Assembly (NCBI GenBank): GCA_963666485.2
Contig: CAXXUO010000003.1
Span: 352,001 to 416,000 of the forward strand
DNA: 64,000 nt
From: Syntrophorhabdaceae bacterium
GTDB lineage: Bacteria > Desulfobacterota > Syntrophorhabdia > Syntrophorhabdales > Syntrophorhabdaceae
Direction: 5' to 3'
The notes below the pieces were generated by a model. That model had not been told where the DNA came from, ran no database searches, and saw only the letters and a list, made by a program, of their open reading frames with translations. The position numbers were made by a program, and so were the translations under genes. Positions within the stretch are counted from its first letter, which is position 1; every line of letters begins with the position of its first letter. Below, one piece after another: positions 10,365 through 20,178 of the stretch.

Positions 10365-12335
10365 ATGAGCGATGACGAGAACAGGGGAAGTTCAAAAAAG
10401 ATCTTTCCCGACATTCCTGATATAAACGGCACCCCGGATGTTGGCCTGACCGTCCCGCTGAAGGTGCGCGCATTTGTCATCCGCCACCTGGAACTGGCCT
10501 TTGTTCTTCTTATTGCAATTCTCGTGTGCGCTATCTTTTTTCTCCTTCCCTTCCGGTTCGCCTTTCTTAACCTGTTCTATCTCCCGGTGCTCCTTGCCGC
10601 ATATATCCTCGGCAGGCGCAAAGCGCTTTATGCCTGTCTCAACATTATCATCCTTGTTGTCGTGACCGCGATCATGAGGCCTGAATGGTTCACCGTCGGC
10701 GGGACCATCGCAAGCACTCTCATCATGATCGTCATATGGGGCGCATCCCTTGTCATCACGAGCACCGGTATCGGGTCAATGCAGGAGAGGCTGGCCAAGG
10801 GGTTCGAAGAGACGCGCCGTTTATACGAAGAATTGAAGCGCAGCCGCGTTGCCGAAGAAATGAAGGAGAAGGTCGAGAAGACCCTCTACACGACCATGGA
10901 CCCGGTCGTTGCCAAGCTGGCTACAGAGGGAAAGCTCAGGATAGAGAAGCGCGAGATCAGCATAATGTTCTGCGACCTGACTGATTTCACGGCATATTCC
11001 GACCAGAACCCCCCTGACATAGTCCTCGACGAGCTCAACCGTTTTATCGGGCACCTTGAACCTGTCGTCGAACTTTACCGCGGTCATATCGACAAGTACA
11101 TGGGCGACGGCGTGATGGTCGAATTCGGGGCGCCGATCGATTATGCCCAGCACGCCCTGATGGCCGTTATTGCGGCCATTAAAATGCAGCAGAAGATGAA
11201 AGAGATCGGCCTGCCGTGGAAGCTGCGCATCGGTATTGCAACGGGGCACACCATCGTCGGGATGATGGGTGTCCACAGGCAGGCATACAGCGCGATCGGC
11301 GACAGGGTGAATGTCGCCAAGCGCCTCGAAGAGATATGCCAGCCGGAGAAGATTTATGTCGATGAATTTACATATAAACTCGTCGATCCCTTCACCGATG
11401 TCGTCAAGCTTCGCAACATGGGGTACAGCAGGCAGTCGGACAAGACCCTTCTCGAAGAACTTGTCGTTCTCGAGGCAACTTTGGCCGAAAAAGGCGAAAG
11501 CGCCGAACTCCTGTACGAGATGGGACAGAAGCATTTCGGGCTGCATGATGCTTCGGCCGCGATCGCATGCTTTGAGCGGGCGCTCGCCCTTGATCCGGAT
11601 TCCACCGAGATACGTCTTGCCTATGCCGACGCAAACTTGAGAAGGGACGAGTTTGAGAAATTTCAGCTCAAAGGCAAGCTGCACAAGATCGCCGTGTTCG
11701 AGGTCAAGGGGCTCAAGAACCGCTGGGATGACCCCGCTATTATCCCCTCTTCCGTCTCCGAGAAGTATCGCTCCGTCGAGGCATCCCTTAAGCTGCCTGC
11801 CGATCTCGTGCTCGCTGTCGAATCTCTCGACGGCTCGGTCGGGCGGGGCCATCTCGTCGGAATGCTTTCCTACGTTATCGCCGACAGACTTAACCTGACT
11901 GAAGATCTGAAACAGATCATTTTGCAGGCCGGCTATCTGCAGGACCTCGGGAAAGAGGCCGTACCACATCATATCCTCAACCGCCAGGCCAGCCTCACCG
12001 ATCACGAGATCAAGTTTGTCGAGAAGTACGTGCTCGAAAGCGTTGCATCCTTGAAGAGGCTCGGCTATACCGATGACCGGTTGCTCGAGATAGTAAGGCA
12101 CCATCACGAGCTCTGGAACGGCAACGGGTATCCTGATAAGCTGAAAGGCGAAGAGATCCCGGTCGGGGCGCGCATAACAGGCCTTGCGGAGGATTTCAGC
12201 GCGATGACATCCTGGCGCCCGTACCGCGCCGCCTGGGACGCCCGTCTCGCACTCAACGAGATCAAGAAGAATACCGAAAAAGGCTGCTACGATCCGCAGA
12301 TAGTCGATATCCTCTTCGAAATACTTCGGCCGTAA
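10365..12335 (+). CDS. Membrane class III adenylate/guanylate cyclase with TPR insert and C-terminal degenerate HD-GYP domain
   Basis: About four TMs; FCDLTDFT, DKYMGDGVM, IGDRVNVAKRLE; TPR FERALALDP; HHHELWNGNGYPD...RPYR. Confidence 0.88.
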   Translation: MSDDENRGSSKKIFPDIPDINGTPDVGLTVPLKVRAFVIRHLELAFVLLIAILVCAIFFLLPFRFAFLNLFYLPVLLAAYILGRRKALYACLNIIILVVVTAIMRPEWFTVGGTIASTLIMIVIWGASLVITSTGIGSMQERLAKGFEETRRLYEELKRSRVAEEMKEKVEKTLYTTMDPVVAKLATEGKLRIEKREISIMFCDLTDFTAYSDQNPPDIVLDELNRFIGHLEPVVELYRGHIDKYMGDGVMVEFGAPIDYAQHALMAVIAAIKMQQKMKEIGLPWKLRIGIATGHTIVGMMGVHRQAYSAIGDRVNVAKRLEEICQPEKIYVDEFTYKLVDPFTDVVKLRNMGYSRQSDKTLLEELVVLEATLAEKGESAELLYEMGQKHFGLHDASAAIACFERALALDPDSTEIRLAYADANLRRDEFEKFQLKGKLHKIAVFEVKGLKNRWDDPAIIPSSVSEKYRSVEASLKLPADLVLAVESLDGSVGRGHLVGMLSYVIADRLNLTEDLKQIILQAGYLQDLGKEAVPHHILNRQASLTDHEIKFVEKYVLESVASLKRLGYTDDRLLEIVRHHHELWNGNGYPDKLKGEEIPVGARITGLAEDFSAMTSWRPYRAAWDARLALNEIKKNTEKGCYDPQIVDILFEILRP

Positions 12336-12473
12336 GCTGAAAAACCCATATCCTCCCTTCACGGCCGTCCGATAATCTGGTAAAATCAACCGAGTTTATC
12401 GCCACATGCATTGGGCTGTCCCGGCCAATCATGCGTGGGAGACCTTAAATACCTCGACGCGGAGTGAAGTCCC

Positions 12474-15242
12474 TTGAAACGCGGAAGACCATTGCCATCT
12501 CCGGTTGCCAGCTTCCTGTTGCTTATTGCGGCCCTCGTTTTGACGCTTTTCCCCTGTTCTTCCACACGGGGAGACGGTCTTCTTCCGGGTTATTCGGAAT
12601 CAGTGCAGCTTGCGGCAGGCCACGCGGCAAACCCTGCGGGATGGCAGCCGGCCTCGCTCTACGTCATCCCTGATCCGGGAGGTACGGAAGGGCTCTTTTA
12701 CGACGGGGGAAAGCTCATTGTCCGTACCGCGACAAAATCGGGCAATTTCAAAGGGAATTTTGTCGGCCAGCCCGCCTACAAGATCTATGGAGACCCGTCG
12801 GTCGAGGCGGCATGGGTGACGACTGGCAATGACGCAACACGCTTCCTCCTCGCGAACTCGGTGAACGGCAGCAACGTGACACGGCTTCTCGAACGGGGAT
12901 TGGGGATGGACGCAACCGGCACCCACGATGCGATCGTCGAGTATTCGGTCAATACCGGATATATCATGCGGCCGACGAAAAACCCCGATATCTCCCAATA
13001 TCTCCCGGCACAGTACGGGCAGAACATGCCGTTCGTGAAGCCTGCCGGGATGAGTGACGCCGATTTCGAAAAATTCAAGACATATTACAACTACTGGGTA
13101 TCCATGGCCTATTCCTCGTATAATTTCCCCTTCACACAGCTTGGCTATACCTTCTTCTGGGGCAACGGGTACAGCCTGGGGAACATTAACGGAATGTCTG
13201 AATTCATAATCCTCGGCCAGACCCCGGTCAATATTTATGGCATTTACGCCACGCAATCGTATATCTATACGCGCAACGACGGGACGAATTTCAGCACTGC
13301 GGCCGGGGCGTCATACGGGAACGGCTTTGCGAGCTTTAAGATAGACGGTTCATGCGACACGGTCTGGGCGGGTCACCGCTTCCAGAAGAACGTCCGGACA
13401 GCGATAGCGACACCCAACCAGATCATAATCGATAGCTCAGGCAGCGTCTCGGGCGGCCAGGGGATCCTCGTCTGGTCCCTGAATTACGATGTGGTCAATA
13501 ACGGGAGCATCACGGGTGCAACTGCGAACAAGTTCAACATTGCAAACACGTCCAACATTGCCGTGCTATTCAAAGGCGACACAGGCAGCGCATACGGGAC
13601 ACCGATCACAACGGCGGGAGCCGTGAACCGGCTTACGAATGCGGGGCTTATTTCAAGTCCCGGGACAGCGATAAAGGCAGAAGCGGGCGACACGGTCATC
13701 ACGAACAATGCCGGGGGCACGATCTCCGGTGGCAACTATGCGATACAAACAGGGCCGGGGAATGACACGGTCACGGTCAACGGCGGCCGGATAACGGGAA
13801 ATATAGACCTGGGCGCGGGAACGGATGCGGTCAACGTGACGGGGGCGAACCAGGCTCAGTTCGACGTGCCGCTCGACCGGGCCCTTATGAACACACCGCG
13901 GATAGTCAACGCTGAGACCGTGACGATCGCCAACAATACGAAATTCTCTCTGATCCCCGGGCGGGAGAACATTCGTGACAACGACCGTTTTCTCGTTGTC
14001 GACGCAACTGCCCTGAACGTCAGCCCGTCAAATCTTGTGATCACGCCGATTACCCCGCTTCCGATGATCCGTTTTTCCGCGGCCAACGAAAGCAACAAGT
14101 TATATATCGTCTCGTCCCGCGACAATTCCTACTACACGCAGCTAAGCGGCAATCCTTCCCTGGGGGCTGTCATCGACAGCCTCGCCAACACCGGGACCGG
14201 CGACATGTCCTACGTGATCGGAGGGCTTGACACATCGGGAAATGCGGCAAATGCCCGCAAGCTCGGGCCGTCTGTCGATCAGGGCATTCTCCAGACAGCC
14301 TTCGGGACCGTCGGCCGCTTTACGCAGACGGTAATAAGCCGGTTGGACCAGGTCCAGAAAAGCAACGTGATGCTGGCGAGCCTGGCGCCGGTATCGATCG
14401 GCAAGGATTCCGCGAAATGGAGTGCCTGGGCCCAGGGTTTCGGGGCCTATCTCAACCAGGACCCCCGTGACCTCAGCATGGGTTACACCGCGCAGATATG
14501 GGGCACTTCCCTCGGGGCGGACAGGCTCTTTTCCGATCACTCCCTGCTTGGCATAAGCGGGGGCTATGCGAAAACATATATCAGGACAAGCGATTCAGCC
14601 ACGTGGACGGACATTGCGAGTTACCAGGGAAGCGTTTACGCCAGCTACTTCAGGGACCGCTGGTACCTCGACGGAGTGGTCTCCTTTGCACGCAATCAGT
14701 ACGACCAGTCGAGACATATATACTTCGGCACCATCGACCGCACCGCGCGCTCTGACTACAGAGGGTACCAGTATTCAGGGTACGTCGAGGGCGGATATAC
14801 GTTCAAGACGGGCGGATGGGACATTACCCCGCTTGCCTCCCTTCAGTATGCCCACCTGCATATCCCCGGCTATTCGGAGACCGGTGCCGATTCAGTCAGC
14901 CTGGCCGTCGGGCCCCAGGATTACGACATGCTCCAGTCGGGAATCGGTGCGAAATTCACTTACCCCGTTCAATGGAACGATTCAAAGATCATCCCGGAAT
15001 TTCACCTCAGATGGTTCTACGATTTCATCGGCGACCGCCAGCAGGTAACCTCGACGTTCACCGGCGGCGGCGCATCGTTTGTCACGGAAGGATTCAAACC
15101 CGCCCAATCGAGCTATAATGCCGGCGCGCGTATTACCCTCGTCAACAAATACGGCATCACCGCATCACTGAATTATGATTTTGAGATAAAGCAGGATTTC
15201 TACAGTCATACGGGCTACGCAAATATACAAATCCCGTTCTAG
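12474..15242 (+). CDS. Autotransporter (type Va) with uncharacterised passenger domain
   Basis: Signal peptide, Gly/Asn/Thr-rich beta-helix stalk, C-terminal barrel (WAQGFG...YSETGA...terminal F). Confidence 0.9.
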   Translation: MKRGRPLPSPVASFLLLIAALVLTLFPCSSTRGDGLLPGYSESVQLAAGHAANPAGWQPASLYVIPDPGGTEGLFYDGGKLIVRTATKSGNFKGNFVGQPAYKIYGDPSVEAAWVTTGNDATRFLLANSVNGSNVTRLLERGLGMDATGTHDAIVEYSVNTGYIMRPTKNPDISQYLPAQYGQNMPFVKPAGMSDADFEKFKTYYNYWVSMAYSSYNFPFTQLGYTFFWGNGYSLGNINGMSEFIILGQTPVNIYGIYATQSYIYTRNDGTNFSTAAGASYGNGFASFKIDGSCDTVWAGHRFQKNVRTAIATPNQIIIDSSGSVSGGQGILVWSLNYDVVNNGSITGATANKFNIANTSNIAVLFKGDTGSAYGTPITTAGAVNRLTNAGLISSPGTAIKAEAGDTVITNNAGGTISGGNYAIQTGPGNDTVTVNGGRITGNIDLGAGTDAVNVTGANQAQFDVPLDRALMNTPRIVNAETVTIANNTKFSLIPGRENIRDNDRFLVVDATALNVSPSNLVITPITPLPMIRFSAANESNKLYIVSSRDNSYYTQLSGNPSLGAVIDSLANTGTGDMSYVIGGLDTSGNAANARKLGPSVDQGILQTAFGTVGRFTQTVISRLDQVQKSNVMLASLAPVSIGKDSAKWSAWAQGFGAYLNQDPRDLSMGYTAQIWGTSLGADRLFSDHSLLGISGGYAKTYIRTSDSATWTDIASYQGSVYASYFRDRWYLDGVVSFARNQYDQSRHIYFGTIDRTARSDYRGYQYSGYVEGGYTFKTGGWDITPLASLQYAHLHIPGYSETGADSVSLAVGPQDYDMLQSGIGAKFTYPVQWNDSKIIPEFHLRWFYDFIGDRQQVTSTFTGGGASFVTEGFKPAQSSYNAGARITLVNKYGITASLNYDFEIKQDFYSHTGYANIQIPF

Positions 15243-15319
15243 GTTCAAGGTTCTACGTTCCGGATTGCCTCACGTGCCCGTCTCTTAACCTTGAACCTTA
15301 ACCTTTGAACCTTGAACCC
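15241..15319. repeat. Heptamer-repeat hairpin (GGTTCAA / TTGAACC)
   Basis: AGGTTCAAGGTTCTACGTTC ... AACCTTGAACCTTAACCTTTGAACCTTGAACC between convergent genes. Confidence 0.75.
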
Positions 15320-15326
15320 TTTTTTC

Positions 15327-15941
15327 TCATCCTTCCGCTGTCACCGCCTTCGGATACGTCGCCATGTGAGGTGCCATGGCAGCCCCGAGCCAGGCGATGG
15401 ACCTGCCGAGGTCTACCATGTTGCGCAGGCCCTCGGCGTCGCCGGCAACGTCGCCCTTGTCGAGTCCGAACCCGAGGTTCCAGTACGTCGAGCCGGGGAT
15501 AATGACGCCCGACATGAGGAACATGTGGTTTATCGTGTCGAATACGTGCGTGCCGCCGCCGCGCCTGACCGCGACCACCGCGGCACCGATCTTTCCCCTT
15601 AAGAGCCCGCCATTCGCTACGCTCACGAAACCGGCCCGGTCAAGAAGTGCCTTCATCTCGGCGCTGACGTCCGTGAAGTAGGTCGGGCTCCCGAGTATTA
15701 TCGCCTGCGACGCAAGCATCTTTTCGAAGTACTCGTTGAAGATGTCCGTTTTCATCGTGCACCGGGCATCCTGTGTGTCGAAACACTTGTAACACGCCGA
15801 GCACCCCCGGATCTTCTTCCCGCCAACCTGGAGATACTCCGTCTCCCACCCCGCGGCCGCAAGAGGTTCCAACGCTTTCTTCAACAGAATTTCGGTGTTC
15901 CCGCCTTTGCGCGGACTCCCATTGATAGCGATGACCTTCAT
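15327..15941 (-). CDS. Iron-sulfur flavoprotein / multimeric flavodoxin family
   Basis: INGSPRKGGNT, CSACYKC-x6-C, GSPTYF and RRGGG motifs. Confidence 0.92.
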   Translation of the reverse strand: MKVIAINGSPRKGGNTEILLKKALEPLAAAGWETEYLQVGGKKIRGCSACYKCFDTQDARCTMKTDIFNEYFEKMLASQAIILGSPTYFTDVSAEMKALLDRAGFVSVANGGLLRGKIGAAVVAVRRGGGTHVFDTINHMFLMSGVIIPGSTYWNLGFGLDKGDVAGDAEGLRNMVDLGRSIAWLGAAMAPHMATYPKAVTAEG

Positions 15942-15960
15942 AATGCCCCCTTCGTTAATA

Positions 15961-16041
15961 GTTCCGCGTTCTATGTTCCGCATCCCGGGTTGGGAATTGA
16001 ATCCTTGTTTAACGTGGAACCTGGAACGTGGAACCTGGAAC
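15961..16041. repeat. Heptamer-repeat hairpin (GTTCCRC / STGGAAC)
   Basis: GTTCCGCGTTCTATGTTCCG ... AACGTGGAACCTGGAACGTGGAACCTGGAAC just downstream of glmS. Confidence 0.75.
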
Positions 16042-16049
16042 TGTCTTTG

Positions 16050-17870
16050 TTATTCCACCGTCACGCTCTTCGCCAGGTTCCTCGGCTGATCGACGTCCGT
16101 GCCGAGATGGTTCGCCATGTAGTACGCCATGAGCTGAAGCGGCACTATCGAGAGGATCGGCTGCAATTCGTAGATCGTTTCGGGGACCACGAATACGGCA
16201 TTCACCCTGGGCGCCATATCATGGTCGAACGTGTCCGTAAAGAGAAAGACCTTACCCCTGCGCGTGATGACCTCTTCTATGTTGGAGCACGTCTTCTTGT
16301 ATGTTTGGTCCTTCGGCGATACGACAACGATAGGCATGTTCTCGTCGATGAGGGCGATCGGCCCGTGCTTCATCTCGCCGGCGGCGTATGCCTCGGCATG
16401 AATGTACGATATCTCCTTGAGCTTGAGGGCGCCTTCGAGGACGGTCGGGAAATTTATGCCCCGGCCGAGGAAGAGAAAGTCGCGATAGTTCATGTTCGCA
16501 CGCGCGATCTCCTCGATCACCTCGCTGGAATCGAGAATGGCGGTGATGTGGTGGGGCAGTTTCTTGACCTCCGTGAGGAGTTTCCTGACATCGTCGCTGT
16601 CGAGCATGCCTCTAAGTTTTCCCAGGTAGAGCATGAGCATGAAGAAAACGGTGATCTGCGTCGTAAATGCCTTTGTGGATGCCACACCGATCTCGGGCCC
16701 GGCATGTGTATAGACGACGCCGTCCGATTCACGCGAGAGCGTGCTTCCGAGGACGTTGCATATCGCAAGGGTATAGAGCCCTTTTTTCCTGACCTCTTTC
16801 ATGGCTGCTATCGTATCCGCGGTCTCCCCGGACTGGGAAACAAGGATGACGAGGTCGTCCTTATCGAGTATCGGGCCGCGATAACGGAACTCGGACGCAA
16901 TGTCCGTCTCGACGGGGATCCTGAGGTTCGCTTCGAACATGTGCTTGCCGATAAGGCAGGCATGATACGATGTGCCGCACGCGATCATCCATATCTTCCT
17001 GACCTTCGAGATGTCGGGAAGCTCGAGGTCCTCGAACACGACCTCTCCTTCTTCTTCGTGTATCCTCCCGATGAGCGTTTCCGACAGGGCGCGCGGCTGC
17101 TCGAAGATCTCCTTGAGCATGAAGTGCCTGTATCCGCCTTTTTCCGCCATTGCGCCCGTCCACTGCACCGTCTTCAGCTCGCGGTCCACTTCCTTCCCGT
17201 CGAAGTCGGTGATCTTCAACCTTCCTTTTGCCAGGATGACGATGTCGTTGTCCTCGAGAAAGATAAAACGGTTGGTCCTGTTTATAATGGCAGGTGCGTC
17301 GCTCGCTATCAGATATTCGTCATCTCCGACACCGACGAGAAGCGGGCTTTCCTTTTTCGCAGCGATCATTGTTTCCGACCCGTCCTGCATAATGCCGACC
17401 GCATAGGAACCCTTCAATCTCTTCAGGGACAGCCGGACCGCTTCCTCGAAGTCGCTGCCTTTTTCGAGATAATCGACGATGAGGTGCGGGATCACCTCTG
17501 TATCCGTGTCTGAAACGAATGACCTGCCATCCTGTCTCAATGACTCTTTGAGTTCCAGGTAGTTCTCGATGATGCCATTATGGACGACCGTGATATCCCG
17601 GACCTTGTGAGGATGCGCATTGCGCTCCGACGGAACGCCGTGCGTCGCCCAGCGCGTATGCGCAAGGCCCATCGATCCTCCGAAATCTTCGTTGCAGATC
17701 ATATTCCACAGGTCGCTCACTTTTCCCTGCTTCCGGGCTATTTTGACCGACCCGTCCTGCGATATGGCGATCCCCGCTGAATCATACCCCCTGTACTCAA
17801 GGCGCCTTAAGGCATCGATAAGAATTTCGCATGCCCCTTCCCTACCCTGATATCCTACAATTCCACACAC
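16050..17870 (-). CDS. glmS: Glutamine--fructose-6-phosphate transaminase
   Basis: MCGIVG, LEYRGYDSAG, HTRWATHG, SQSGETADT and C-terminal PRNLAKSVTVE. Confidence 0.98.
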   Translation of the reverse strand: MCGIVGYQGREGACEILIDALRRLEYRGYDSAGIAISQDGSVKIARKQGKVSDLWNMICNEDFGGSMGLAHTRWATHGVPSERNAHPHKVRDITVVHNGIIENYLELKESLRQDGRSFVSDTDTEVIPHLIVDYLEKGSDFEEAVRLSLKRLKGSYAVGIMQDGSETMIAAKKESPLLVGVGDDEYLIASDAPAIINRTNRFIFLEDNDIVILAKGRLKITDFDGKEVDRELKTVQWTGAMAEKGGYRHFMLKEIFEQPRALSETLIGRIHEEEGEVVFEDLELPDISKVRKIWMIACGTSYHACLIGKHMFEANLRIPVETDIASEFRYRGPILDKDDLVILVSQSGETADTIAAMKEVRKKGLYTLAICNVLGSTLSRESDGVVYTHAGPEIGVASTKAFTTQITVFFMLMLYLGKLRGMLDSDDVRKLLTEVKKLPHHITAILDSSEVIEEIARANMNYRDFLFLGRGINFPTVLEGALKLKEISYIHAEAYAAGEMKHGPIALIDENMPIVVVSPKDQTYKKTCSNIEEVITRRGKVFLFTDTFDHDMAPRVNAVFVVPETIYELQPILSIVPLQLMAYYMANHLGTDVDQPRNLAKSVTVE

Positions 17871-17890
17871 TCGCGTATCCTCCGTAAACT

Positions 17891-18886
17891 TTACTGGATC
17901 AAACGATATTCGAACGGGCCTATCGTAACCCCCTCCTCCGTCTCGACGCCTTCGATCGAGACAAAACCTCGAATATTTACACTTTTATTGATAATACAGT
18001 CAACGATCATTGAGCAGGGGCCGACCGAAACGTCTTCAGCTATCACGGACCTGCCCATGATGTGGCATGGCGAATTGAGTACCGTGCCACGCCCGATCGT
18101 GACGTCGGGGCCGACATGAATGTCATCACCCAGGAAGGTCACCCCGTTTTGCATATGGCCCGCATTGATCCTCTTGCGCATGACCATAGCTGCCTCGAAG
18201 AGACCTTTCAGTGTGTTCACGCCGAGCACTTCGTCGGATTGAGGGTACATGTAGCCCCTGGCGGGTCTCCCTTCATTCCCTGCTATTTTACAGATGTCGG
18301 TGAGATAACGCTCGCCTTTCCTGTTGTTTTCACCGATAAGGTCTATAAGCTTGAGCTCATTGAAAGGAATGTAGCAGATGCCGGTATTTATCGTCCGCAC
18401 CCTCATTTCTTCATCGCTGGCCTCGGCATGTTCACGGATGTCGCGTATCATATCCCCGTCCATGAGCACCCTGCCATAACCCGACGGGTCGTCTATGTCG
18501 GTCACCAGGAAGACGATCGAGCCTGCCGCACGGCAAAACGTAATGAAATCGGTGAGCATTTCCTTTTTAATGAGCGGAACGTCGCCGAGCAGGACAAGAA
18601 TATCATTTCCCCCGAGTTCTTCCCGGGCGCATTCAAGGGCGTGCGCGGTGCCTCTTTGCTCCGCCTGCAGGGCCGTCATCACACCCGTATCTTTGAGATA
18701 CGGGTCGACGGTCTCGCGCCCGTATCCCGTTACCACGATGACCCGGGAAGGGTCGAGGCTCTGTGCCGCATCGATGACGTATCCGACGAGCGGTTTCCCC
18801 AGGATCTCGTGCATGACCTTCGGTTTCGGGGAATTCATTCTCTCGCCTTTCCCCGCAGCAAGTATAACGACATCAAGGTCCTTCAT
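17891..18886 (-). CDS. glmU: GlmU-like UDP-GlcNAc pyrophosphorylase, C-terminally truncated (331 aa)
   Basis: LAAGKGERM, QRGTAHA, LGDVP, GYGR and ERYLTD. The hexapeptide repeat stops just after IGPF. Confidence 0.85.
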   Translation of the reverse strand: MKDLDVVILAAGKGERMNSPKPKVMHEILGKPLVGYVIDAAQSLDPSRVIVVTGYGRETVDPYLKDTGVMTALQAEQRGTAHALECAREELGGNDILVLLGDVPLIKKEMLTDFITFCRAAGSIVFLVTDIDDPSGYGRVLMDGDMIRDIREHAEASDEEMRVRTINTGICYIPFNELKLIDLIGENNRKGERYLTDICKIAGNEGRPARGYMYPQSDEVLGVNTLKGLFEAAMVMRKRINAGHMQNGVTFLGDDIHVGPDVTIGRGTVLNSPCHIMGRSVIAEDVSVGPCSMIVDCIINKSVNIRGFVSIEGVETEEGVTIGPFEYRLIQ

Positions 18887-19625
18887 GTATGGGCTCCTTC
18901 TTCCCGAAAAACCGCGCTATGACGATGCTCAGTTCGTACAGCCCCCATAACGGCACTGCAAACAATATCTGGCTGATCACGTCGGGCGGTGTTATGACGG
19001 CGCTCACGATAAAAGCGGCGAGGATCGCATATCTCCGCTTCCTTCTCAGGAAGTGATGATCGATTATCCCGGCCCTGGCGAAGAAATAGGCGACAAGAGG
19101 CATCTCGAATATAAAACCGGAAACAACGAGCAATTTCAACGTCAGGCTCACGTATTCCTTGAGGTCAGGCATCGGGACGATCAGGTCCGAGCCAAAACCG
19201 ACAAAGAAACTGTACAGCCTCGGCATGACGATATAGTAGCAAAACACGACCCCGCCGGCGAAGAACAGGCTCCCCCATATGATCAGGGGGTAGACGTACC
19301 TTTTTTCCTTCTCATAGAGGCCGGGCGAAACGAACATCCACATCTGGTAGATAATGACCGGCGATGATACGGCCACTGCCGTGATGATCCAAATCTTGAA
19401 ATATGTTATGAAAGCCTCGGTGACCCCGGTGAAAATGAAGCTGCTGCCGGCGGGCATGACCTTCTTGAAGGGCAGCAAGAGAAAGACATTCACCTTCTCA
19501 CGAAAATAATATGTCACCAGGAACGCTACACCGATGACCACGAGGCATATGATGATCCGCTGCCTGAGTTCCTGGAGATGTGACACGAAAGGCTGTTTTT
19601 CATCCGGGCTGGCTTTATTTATCAT
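18873..19625 (-). CDS. tatC: Twin-arginine translocase TatC
   Basis: HLQELRQR, FVSPGLYEKEK, FEMP and ITPPD motifs. Confidence 0.95.
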   Translation of the reverse strand: MINKASPDEKQPFVSHLQELRQRIIICLVVIGVAFLVTYYFREKVNVFLLLPFKKVMPAGSSFIFTGVTEAFITYFKIWIITAVAVSSPVIIYQMWMFVSPGLYEKEKRYVYPLIIWGSLFFAGGVVFCYYIVMPRLYSFFVGFGSDLIVPMPDLKEYVSLTLKLLVVSGFIFEMPLVAYFFARAGIIDHHFLRRKRRYAILAAFIVSAVITPPDVISQILFAVPLWGLYELSIVIARFFGKKEPIHEGP

Positions 19626-19663
19626 TTCGAATCCGACGAATCCCATTGGGGCCGCTATCCTGA

Positions 19664-19987
19664 CTAACCCCTGAGATTCTCATAGGGGTCGGGGGTTTTC
19701 TTCCCGGAAGGATCATCACCGGTGCCGGGATTTGTCGCGGCATTGTCCTTTTTTTCGCTTCCCGTCCCTTCGCCCGGGCTCTTTTGGTCTTTTCCCTGGT
19801 CCTTGTCCGGACTTGCGTCGACGTCGAGGTCGCCGACAAAGGACTGTTTGACATCCTCGGTCATCGATCTGACATCATGGATAGCGCGCCCGAGTGACCG
19901 CGCGAGGTCCGGCAGCTTCTTCGGGCCCACGACGAGTAGCGCCACGATCAGGATAAGTATAAGCTCAGGGAGACCAATTCCGAACAT
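19664..19987 (-). CDS. tatB: TatA/TatB family subunit
   Basis: MFGIGLPELILILIVALLVVGPKKLPDLARSLG; lies upstream of tatC. Confidence 0.88.
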   Translation of the reverse strand: MFGIGLPELILILIVALLVVGPKKLPDLARSLGRAIHDVRSMTEDVKQSFVGDLDVDASPDKDQGKDQKSPGEGTGSEKKDNAATNPGTGDDPSGKKTPDPYENLRG

Positions 19988-20178
19988 TTTCGATAAATTA
20001 TCATAAAAAACACGGTCTTAAAAGGGGATTATGCCGGCCACGGCCCGAAGACCCTTGATCAGCGCCTTTAAACGACTATTCCCGGTGCGGGCGATGCGCG
20101 CATCCTGCCGTCATTGACTAACTTCCCGGAAGTATATTAATCTGAAAAGATTCGAGAGTAAACTTTCAGGGAGGATCT

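Noticed and set aside
10821..12389. 522-aa antisense ORF over the cyclase
   Set aside because: Shadow of the GC-rich coding strand, with no motifs. The same applies to 15990-17513 over glmS, 5876-6775 over ftsH and 54257-55165 over glgP.
15241..16041. CRISPR array or DGR suggested by the short repeats
   Set aside because: Units are 7 bp without unique spacers, and there are no cas or reverse transcriptase genes in the window.
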